From contig CAMYBM010000001.1 in assembly GCA_947253995.1 (NCBI GenBank), positions 1 through 60,000 on the forward strand: a stretch of DNA of 60,000 bases, read 5' to 3'. Within the stretch, counting starts at the first letter, position 1; the number at the start of each line of letters is the position of its first letter. Below the pieces are notes generated by a model that was not told where the DNA came from, searched no databases, and saw only the letters and a program-made list of their open reading frames with translations. The stretch is from an uncultured Candidatus Saccharibacteria bacterium. Its GTDB lineage: Bacteria; Patescibacteriota; Saccharimonadia; Saccharimonadales; Saccharimonadaceae. Positions 46,747 to 53,990 of this stretch are shown one piece after another. Made by a program: the position numbers and the translations under genes.

Positions 46747-47478
46747 GTGAAAAATACAATTATGAATTTAGTTGATCGTACTATGGAGCTAGTTGCACCC
46801 CATAAATGTTATGGCTGTGGGCAGCCGGAGACGGTTCTATGCGATCGTTGTACTACATACATTTTACAACAAACCTGCCCAATTTGCGGCGTTTGTCGCA
46901 AGCGTTTACGCTCGGGCAACTTATGTAAGGATTGTCGTAAGGCTGCGTCTAACCACTTGACTGATCTTCAAGCCGTTGGCTGGCGGGTTGGTATTTTGCG
47001 TAAATTAACCAATGAATATAAGTTTCAGTCGCGGTATCGGCTAGGTCAAACTTTAGCTAGGCTGATGTGCAGAGTGATACCGGCTGACCTAAAAGGACGT
47101 CAAGATGTCGGTGTGTGTTATATCCCAACGATTCGGCGACACATTCGTCAGCGCGGTTTTGATCATATGGAGCGCGTTGCCGAAGTCTTGGGGCGTCAGC
47201 TAGGCTGCCCTGTTGTCTGTCCTCTGGTTAGACTAGATAATCATGTTCAGCATGGAGCAAATCAGCGCGCGCGGAAGCTGATTAAGTATTCATTGGGTAT
47301 TGTGCCAAATAAATTACCGGCAAAGATTATTTTGCTTGATGACATCTGGACCACTGGCGCGACAATGCAAACAGCGGCACAACTTTTACGCAGCATGGGC
47401 GTACGCCGCGTTTATGGTGTTGTCGTTTGTATTCAACCACGCGAAACAGAAAAAGTCCACCTAAGTGGACTGAAATAA
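46747..47478 (+). CDS. comF: ComF-family competence protein (zinc ribbon + PRTase)
   Basis: CxxC pairs, RQRGFDH, IILLDDIWTTGAT. Confidence 0.88.
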   Translation: MKNTIMNLVDRTMELVAPHKCYGCGQPETVLCDRCTTYILQQTCPICGVCRKRLRSGNLCKDCRKAASNHLTDLQAVGWRVGILRKLTNEYKFQSRYRLGQTLARLMCRVIPADLKGRQDVGVCYIPTIRRHIRQRGFDHMERVAEVLGRQLGCPVVCPLVRLDNHVQHGANQRARKLIKYSLGIVPNKLPAKIILLDDIWTTGATMQTAAQLLRSMGVRRVYGVVVCIQPRETEKVHLSGLK

Positions 47479-47483
47479 TGACT

Positions 47484-47573
47484 TGGCGGAAGGAGAGGGA
47501 TTCGAACCCTCGAAGACGTTGCCGCCTTACCGCTTTTCGAGAGCGGCCAGATCAACCACTCCTGCATCCTTCC
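47484..47573 (-). tRNA. tRNA-Ser(CGA)
   Basis: GGAAGGA acceptor, CCGCT-CTCGAAA-AGCGG, long variable arm, CCA. Confidence 0.95.
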
Positions 47574-47615
47574 CTGCTGGCTATTATAGCAAACTACTTT
47601 GCCTCGGTCTATTGG

Positions 47616-48137
47616 CTAAAAGTGAAGCGCGCGGAAAATTCGCTCGGTTGGATCAGGTTTGATATCTTCGATCGGCAAGTGTTTGCCAAGAAAATCAACG
47701 ATAGCTTCGCCTTTATCTTCTGGTATATAAATAATATCTGAGATTGCAAAGCGTTTATTTGGTACTAGCACAATACGCCAAAGGTTGCCCTTATGTTCAA
47801 TCCCAAAGGCGCGATAGTTGCTGAAATTGCGTGTCATCGTCTCAATCTTGATACCACTGTCACTTAGGGCGTAATTAACTTGGTGGTTAGAATTTTTTGA
47901 CAGTATAACCAATGATATGTAAACCAAGGTAGCTAGTAAGGCCATTGAGATTGCACCAAGCCAATTAACTTGGTTGAAAAATTTAGCAGTGGCCAAAGCG
48001 GCATAAACGGCAATGAGAATTAAGGTTGCGAAGCAATACCAAGTTGCAGTATGGGACTGAACTATGCTATCGGTTGCTTGCCACGCGATAGGTGTGGTGT
48101 TATCACTTGTGGCCGATTCTTGAGTTGGGTTATTCAT
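47616..48137 (-). CDS. Hypothetical membrane protein (2 TM + PH-like C-terminal domain)
   Basis: IAWQA..H.ATWY, two TM helices, YALSDSGIKI; TGCTATAAT 6 nt before the ATG. Confidence 0.72.
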   Translation of the reverse strand: MNNPTQESATSDNTTPIAWQATDSIVQSHTATWYCFATLILIAVYAALATAKFFNQVNWLGAISMALLATLVYISLVILSKNSNHQVNYALSDSGIKIETMTRNFSNYRAFGIEHKGNLWRIVLVPNKRFAISDIIYIPEDKGEAIVDFLGKHLPIEDIKPDPTERIFRALHF

Positions 48138-48187
48138 AACCGTATTATAGCAAATTATTGCAAATTTGTATTATTGACGTATCAATC

Positions 48188-48212
48188 AAAAAACGCTCCT
48201 GCACGGGAGCGT
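48188..48212 (-). terminator. Intrinsic terminator after tRNA-Ser(GCT)
   Basis: On the - strand: ACGCTCCC-GTGC-AGGAGCGT followed by TTTTT. Confidence 0.75.
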
Positions 48213-48222
48213 AATGATAACT

Positions 48223-48315
48223 TGGCGGAGGAGGGGAGATTCGAACTCCCGCACCAGCTCTCGCCGATCTAACGATTTAGCAAACCGTCCCCTTCAGCCA
48301 CTTGGGTACTCCTCC
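48223..48315 (-). tRNA. tRNA-Ser(GCT)
   Basis: GGAGGAG acceptor, ACGGT-TTGCTAA-ATCGT, long variable arm, CCA. Confidence 0.95.
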
Positions 48316-48395
48316 AAGCTGGTACTATTATACCAGACAATTTGAAATAGGCCAATATTTTTGGCGATTTGGGCGACTATGTTATAATAATTGAT

Positions 48396-48483
48396 GGAAA
48401 GGTGACCGAGTGGTTTAAGGAGCCGGTCTTGAAAACCGGTGTGGGGCAACTCACCGAGGGTTCGAATCCCTCTCTTTCCGCCA
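48396..48483 (+). tRNA. tRNA-Ser(TGA)
   Basis: GGAAAGG acceptor, CCGGT-CTTGAAA-ACCGG, long variable arm, CCA; TGTTATAAT upstream. Confidence 0.95.
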
Positions 48484-48492
48484 AGTCATTAT

Positions 48493-48517
48493 TAGACACC
48501 GCGATTCGCGGTGTCTA
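48493..48517. terminator. Hairpin between tRNA-Ser(TGA) and dacA
   Basis: TAGACACCGCG-ATT-CGCGGTGTCTA. Confidence 0.75.
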
Positions 48518-49660
48518 TTTAGTAATTAAATCAACCCGAGATGCACCTAACTGCAGTTGACCAACGACTGCTTGGCTAGTATTGATGTTTTGCAGGGTGC
48601 TGGGTAGTTGAATGCGATACTGCGGCGGTTCGTCAACGAAGTATGGTACAGTTTGACCGGCTGCAGTAACGATGCCCCGTACCCCGCTCCGCTGCTGCAG
48701 TTGGCCGATAACTTTGTCGCGCGTCAAAGTAAAATTGGCAATATCGTGGTTGGCAGCATCAATTAACTGGCTAGCCCCGACAAAGGCGTCATTATAAGAA
48801 GCTGCGCCCAAATTAACGACACCGATAGTTAAGTTCATTGCTCCGGTTAGCTTACTAGCAAGAAGCACGCCATGGCCAGCTTCATTATTGAAGCCGGTTT
48901 TGCCGGCAAAAATGTTCTGCTGCCCAAGTAAACGATTGGTGGTGTGGACGCTGCCAACGAGCGGGAGATCAGCTGTCGGCTGGCGCAAAATAGCAGTTAG
49001 GGTTGGATTTTTGGTTGCTAGGAGAATAATCTTGCACAAATCAGTAGCGGTCGATGTGGTATTAGGGTTAAAGCCGCTGGCGTCGGAGCCAACGGTAGTG
49101 TGATCGATTTGGTGGCGTGCTAGCCAATCAGTAGCCGCTACGCGATATTGTTCTAGTGAGCCAAATGCCCACCGTGCTACCGTGTCGGCGAGATTATTGG
49201 CGCTACGCAGCATGATGCCAGCTATAGCCTGCTGCAAAGTTAACTTTTCGCCGGCAAAGACTTGTACGCGACTGCCACCCTCACGTACAGCTTGGCTATA
49301 GCCGGCGACATCTTCGGGCGATATGGTTAAGACAGGGTTGCTGTCGCCGCGTTGCTTGGCAAGATGGTCTAAAACTACTTGTACTGTAATTGTTTTGGCG
49401 AGTGAAGCGGTGGCGCGTATTTGACCATTGTTGGCGGCTTGCCCAACGTAACGGCAGATTGGTTCCTGTGACAAAGGATCAAGATAGCCAATGGCAGCGT
49501 GTGGCAGGTTAAGTTTGGTTGCCGTTAAAGGTTGAGATTTAAGGTTAGCTTTAGGGAAATAACGCACCTGGGCTTGAGTCGAAGGCGCGGCAATACAGTA
49601 GGTAATTGCCGCCGAACTAATTATGCCTGCAACTAGGCTAACGATCACCCACCTTTTCAT
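48515..49660 (-). CDS. dacA: D-alanyl-D-alanine carboxypeptidase (peptidase S11)
   Basis: SxxK (TASLAK), SxN (SAN), KTG, N-terminal anchor. Start probably ATG 49660. Confidence 0.88.
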   Translation of the reverse strand: MKRWVIVSLVAGIISSAAITYCIAAPSTQAQVRYFPKANLKSQPLTATKLNLPHAAIGYLDPLSQEPICRYVGQAANNGQIRATASLAKTITVQVVLDHLAKQRGDSNPVLTISPEDVAGYSQAVREGGSRVQVFAGEKLTLQQAIAGIMLRSANNLADTVARWAFGSLEQYRVAATDWLARHQIDHTTVGSDASGFNPNTTSTATDLCKIILLATKNPTLTAILRQPTADLPLVGSVHTTNRLLGQQNIFAGKTGFNNEAGHGVLLASKLTGAMNLTIGVVNLGAASYNDAFVGASQLIDAANHDIANFTLTRDKVIGQLQQRSGVRGIVTAAGQTVPYFVDEPPQYRIQLPSTLQNINTSQAVVGQLQLGASRVDLITK

Positions 49661-49697
49661 ATAAACATTATACACTGGTTTGCTATAATAAAACTAT

Positions 49698-50093
49698 ATG
49701 AGCGAAAGTATTTTTACGAAGATAATACGAGGCGAGCTGCCCTGCTACAAAGTCTATGAGGATGCGCGAACCTTTGCTTTTCTTGACATCAATCCGTTGA
49801 GTGACGGCCATATTTTGGTAGTGTCAAAGTCACCTGTCGATAAAGTTTATCACCTTAGTCAAGCCGATTATACAGCTTTGTTTGCTACAGTGCGGAAGCT
49901 GTGCGATCAAGTTGAAGCTGTCCTTGGCGTTCGTGCTGGTATCATCGTTGAAGGGTTCGATATTCCGCATGCGCATGTGCATGTAGTACCGTTGTATGAT
50001 GCTCAAGTCATGCAGCTACATCACGGTTATAAAGTGGATAATTCGCCAGCGAATTTAGCCAAATTAGCTGAGCGGTTGCGGTTAGATGATTAG
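49698..50093 (+). CDS. HIT family nucleotide hydrolase
   Basis: SIFTKIIRGELP, AFLDINP..GH, HAHVHVV. Confidence 0.93.
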   Translation: MSESIFTKIIRGELPCYKVYEDARTFAFLDINPLSDGHILVVSKSPVDKVYHLSQADYTALFATVRKLCDQVEAVLGVRAGIIVEGFDIPHAHVHVVPLYDAQVMQLHHGYKVDNSPANLAKLAERLRLDD

Positions 50094-50526
50094 AATTATT
50101 GCAGTTGGTAAAAAACATGCACCAGAGCTGAGTCGAGCTATTGATCAATACGAGTGTCGTTTGCGCCACCCCTTCACTGTTGAGTGGCAGCTATTACCCT
50201 ATTCTGCTAAACAAGGTGATGCTGCTCGCATTGAGGAATCGCACGCGATTATGCAGCAGATAAAGCCCCAGGCCAAGGTTGTTTTGCTGGATGAGCGTGG
50301 AGATAGCTTGAGCAGCGACTCCTTTGCTAATGTTTTAATTCAAGGTAACGTAACAATTGTCATAGGTGGCGCTTATGGGGTGGACGATGCTCTGCGCCAG
50401 CGCGCTGATACAGTGATAAGTTTATCAAGGATGGTATTTCCGCATCAGTTAGTGCGGTTGATTTTATTAGAGCAAATTTATCGCGCGCAAGCTATTGTCA
50501 ACCATCACCCGTACCACCATATTTAA
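50086..50526 (+). CDS. rlmH: 23S rRNA (pseudouridine1915-N3)-methyltransferase
   Basis: IIAVGK, LDERG, IGGAYG, SLSRMVFPHQLVRLILLEQIYRA, PYHH. Confidence 0.95.
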   Translation: MIRIIAVGKKHAPELSRAIDQYECRLRHPFTVEWQLLPYSAKQGDAARIEESHAIMQQIKPQAKVVLLDERGDSLSSDSFANVLIQGNVTIVIGGAYGVDDALRQRADTVISLSRMVFPHQLVRLILLEQIYRAQAIVNHHPYHHI

Positions 50527-50588
50527 AAGTTTTCCACAAGTGCAAAACCTGTGGAAAACTTTGCAATTTACTACTGAAAAACCAATAT

Positions 50589-51869
50589 TTACAAGTATTT
50601 TTTAATGGCTGCGAGTGCTGTTGCCCGCTCATCCCAAGGTTGATCGCCAGCGGCGCGTGCAATGGTCTTCTCATGCCCCTTGCCTAACAGAACAACAACA
50701 TCGTTCTTTTTCGCCAGCGACATAGCATGATCGATTGCCGAAGTCCGATCATCAATAAACAAAAGTGTTTTGTCATCGACTAGACCGGCTTGCCTTGCGC
50801 CTTTGGCTAGCTTTTCTGATTGTGGTCGTACCGGGCCGCGAGGATCGTCCTCTGTCAGAATAAGAATATCAGCATAGCGGCCAGCAATTTCGCCCATGCC
50901 AGGAAGCTTCTCTTGATCGCGTTCGCCTGGCCCACCACATACAACGATCATTTTACCTTTGGTGAGTTTTTTAATGCCAGGAAGCAACTTTTCGTAAGCG
51001 TCAGGCGTATGTGCGAAGTCAATAATTACGTCATAGTTTTGACCGGCGTCAACGCGATTCATTCGGCCTTCGACACCGTCAAGCGATGAAATACCTTCTT
51101 CAATTGCTGCCTTATCGAGGCCTAAGCTAATCCCTACCCCGACGGCTGCCAATGAATTGTAGACATTAAACTCGCCAGGAATGTTAGTTTTTATGTGGTA
51201 ACTAGTTTTGCAGTGACGGACGTAATATTCGACGCCGCTAGTCGTAAGCTTTACTCGGGTAGCTTTAAGATCGCCATGATGGATGCCGTAAGTTATTGGG
51301 TGTGGCACTTTGGTTGTAAAGTAGCCTACCGATGGATCATCGGCATTAGCAAGGCCAATCCCCCGCCCCCCGTGCTTGGCGTTCATGGCGCAAAGCTTAA
51401 ATAGGCGTTGTTTAGCGGCGCGGTAACGAGCAAAGGTACGGTGATAATCGAGGTGTTCCTCTGTGACATTGGTTTCAACTACGATGTCAAACGGAATACC
51501 AAAGACGCGATATTGAGCTAAGGCATGTGAGCTAACTTCGATAACGAGGTATTTAATCCCGGCTGCTCGCATTTTAACAAGGCGTTGATTCAATAATTTT
51601 GGGTTGGCTGTCGTCATGTGGGCGCTTTGCGTCGTTATGTTGTCGTCAATGGCGTTAGCCACGGTTGACATCAGGCCGACTCGGTAGCCAGCTTTGAGCA
51701 ACATGTTGTAAATCATAAAACAGGTTGTTGTTTTGCCATTTGTACCAGTTACACCTATTACTGTCATGCTATTGGCGGGATAATCATACTTAGTAGCTTG
51801 AAGGAACGCCCTAACTGCATGAACTGGCACTAGGGCGGAGTTGCGCGCATCTTTAATCGTGTATTTCAT
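50589..51869 (-). CDS. murE: UDP-MurNAc-tripeptide synthetase MurE
   Basis: GVTGTNGKTTT, EVSSHAL, EHLDYH, GRM, DFAHTPD, EDDPR, GKGHE. Confidence 0.93.
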   Translation of the reverse strand: MKYTIKDARNSALVPVHAVRAFLQATKYDYPANSMTVIGVTGTNGKTTTCFMIYNMLLKAGYRVGLMSTVANAIDDNITTQSAHMTTANPKLLNQRLVKMRAAGIKYLVIEVSSHALAQYRVFGIPFDIVVETNVTEEHLDYHRTFARYRAAKQRLFKLCAMNAKHGGRGIGLANADDPSVGYFTTKVPHPITYGIHHGDLKATRVKLTTSGVEYYVRHCKTSYHIKTNIPGEFNVYNSLAAVGVGISLGLDKAAIEEGISSLDGVEGRMNRVDAGQNYDVIIDFAHTPDAYEKLLPGIKKLTKGKMIVVCGGPGERDQEKLPGMGEIAGRYADILILTEDDPRGPVRPQSEKLAKGARQAGLVDDKTLLFIDDRTSAIDHAMSLAKKNDVVVLLGKGHEKTIARAAGDQPWDERATALAAIKKYL

Positions 51870-51914
51870 AGCATTATTATACCACCTAGGAAATGTGATA
51901 AAATAACAAGTGAA

Positions 51915-52964
51915 ATGAATGTGTTAGGAGTGGAGAGCTCGTGCGACGAGACTGCTGCTGCGGTAGTCCAGGACGGGCGCAAAATTATTTCGAATGTAGT
52001 AAATTCGCAGATTGATATACATAAAATTTACGGTGGAGTTGTACCTGAGGTCGCAGCACGATCCCACCTTGAGGTTGTAGTACCGGTGATTGAGCAAGCG
52101 GTTAGCCAGGCTGGCGGTTGGTCAAAAATTGATGCCGTGGCTTGTACAATGATGCCTGGGCTGATCGGATCGTTGCTTATGGGTTCAATCACGGCACGGA
52201 CGCTAGCGCTTGTTCACCATAAGCCGTTTTATGCTTGTCATCATGTTGAGGGTCATGTCTATGCTAATTTTTTGATGGATAATCCACCAGAGTTCCCTTT
52301 TTTGGCTTTAATTGTTAGTGGTGGGCATTCTCAAATTGTTTTATTTAAGGATCATGGCGACTATCTTTTGTTAGGTCAAACTGCTGATGATGCGGTTGGT
52401 GAGGCTTTTGACAAGGTGGCTAAGATCATTGGTCTGCCCTACCCTGGCGGCCCAGCTATTTCGAAGGCAGCAGAAAACGGCGACCCGCATCGTTACCATT
52501 TACCAAAGGCAAAAATGAAGGGTAAATACGATTTTTCGTTTTCGGGGGTTAAGACTGCCCTGCTCCGTACAGTGCAAGATGTCGTAGGGGTTGATCATAC
52601 TTTTCCGTCATATCAGTTGGCAGCAAAGCTGAGCCAGCAGCAAGTATGCGATTTGGCTGCTAGTTTTCAATATACGGCAGTTGATACACTAGTAGAAAAG
52701 CTTGTTCTAGCTACAAATGAGTATCAACCGAAGTCAGTTGTGATTGCTGGCGGTGTAGCGGCCAACCAGGAATTGCGGCGTCAATTGCGTGAACGTCTGC
52801 CAATTGATATTAGTTTCCCTACCCCTGCCCTCTGCACTGATAACGGGGCTATGATTGCGGCGCTAGGTTACTATAAAGCGCAGCGTTTGCAGCCAGATGA
52901 CCCCCGCAATTTGGACGTAATACCATCAATTTCAATGACAAAAACAATTTGGGGGTTGCATTAA
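51915..52964 (+). CDS. tsaD: tRNA t6A threonylcarbamoyltransferase TsaD
   Basis: GVESSCDETA, GGVVPEVAARSH, HHVEGH, VSGGHS, DDAVGEAFDK, CTDNGAMI. Confidence 0.96.
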   Translation: MNVLGVESSCDETAAAVVQDGRKIISNVVNSQIDIHKIYGGVVPEVAARSHLEVVVPVIEQAVSQAGGWSKIDAVACTMMPGLIGSLLMGSITARTLALVHHKPFYACHHVEGHVYANFLMDNPPEFPFLALIVSGGHSQIVLFKDHGDYLLLGQTADDAVGEAFDKVAKIIGLPYPGGPAISKAAENGDPHRYHLPKAKMKGKYDFSFSGVKTALLRTVQDVVGVDHTFPSYQLAAKLSQQQVCDLAASFQYTAVDTLVEKLVLATNEYQPKSVVIAGGVAANQELRRQLRERLPIDISFPTPALCTDNGAMIAALGYYKAQRLQPDDPRNLDVIPSISMTKTIWGLH

Positions 52965-53000
52965 AGCTTAAGCTATGATAATATGGAGGTATAAGTCAAT

Positions 53001-53939
53001 ATGACCGAGGTAACAGGGAGTTTCTTGCAAAGCTCAGCCTGGCGTATTTTGAGTGGGGTTTCTTGTGAAAACATTGAACGCCATGGTTCGGGTTGGCATT
53101 ACTTAGCCATTCTCGAAAAAGGGCAATTCAGTCGGCGTTTATATTGTCCGCTTGGTCCAGTAGCTAAGGATTTGACGTCATGGCGTCACGCATTAGCCGA
53201 TCTGCGTCAAATTGGTCAAAAATATGGGGTAGATTTTTTGCGGGTTGAGCCAGAATTGTCGGTAATCACCCCTGATATTATGAAAGGTGAGGGGTTCTGT
53301 CATAGCGCCCGGGATGTTCAGCCTCCGCATACAGTAGTAAACGATGTCTCAGTCGATGAATCGGCTATTATGGCGCAGTTGTCTCAGACTGCCCGCCGTT
53401 ACACGCGAAAATGCGACAAAGCCGGAATAACGTACAGTGTGAGCTATAACCCAATTGACGTGACTGATTTTATTGCGATGATTCATGAGGTCAGCCAACG
53501 AACTGGCATGAAACCGCACAGCGATCAACATTATCGTCTGATTGCCGAGAAACTGTTCCCACTTAAGGCGGCAGGCTTGCTGTTCGCCGAGTTGGCAGGG
53601 AAGCGCATAGCTTCAATTATTTTTTTGACAGATGGCAAAACAATGAGTTATGCGCATGCGGCTAATTTGACTGAGTACCGTAAGTATGCGCCGGCGGTTG
53701 GTCTGGGTACATATGCACTTAAGTTTGCACATCAACAGGGGTGCAAGTACTTTGATTGGTGTGGAGTAGCGCCAGCAACTGATGATGGTAATAAACGGTG
53801 GCACGCTTGGCGCGGCTTTACTCAGTTTAAGCTATCCTATGGCGGGAAACGAGTGGATCGTATTGGTACTTGGGAGCTGCCATTGCACCGAGTTAAATAC
53901 GTGATTTATCGTGTAATACTTAAGCTTGCGCGGCGTTAG
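53001..53939 (+). CDS. FemABX/MurM-like peptidoglycan bridge aminoacyltransferase
   Basis: SFLQSSAW, YCPLGP, FLRVEP, FDWCG, GFTQFKLSYGG. Confidence 0.85.
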   Translation: MTEVTGSFLQSSAWRILSGVSCENIERHGSGWHYLAILEKGQFSRRLYCPLGPVAKDLTSWRHALADLRQIGQKYGVDFLRVEPELSVITPDIMKGEGFCHSARDVQPPHTVVNDVSVDESAIMAQLSQTARRYTRKCDKAGITYSVSYNPIDVTDFIAMIHEVSQRTGMKPHSDQHYRLIAEKLFPLKAAGLLFAELAGKRIASIIFLTDGKTMSYAHAANLTEYRKYAPAVGLGTYALKFAHQQGCKYFDWCGVAPATDDGNKRWHAWRGFTQFKLSYGGKRVDRIGTWELPLHRVKYVIYRVILKLARR

Positions 53940-53990
53940 TGCTATAATAATGTTAGATTGTGCCAGAAGGCATTTATAAGGACAAAAAGG

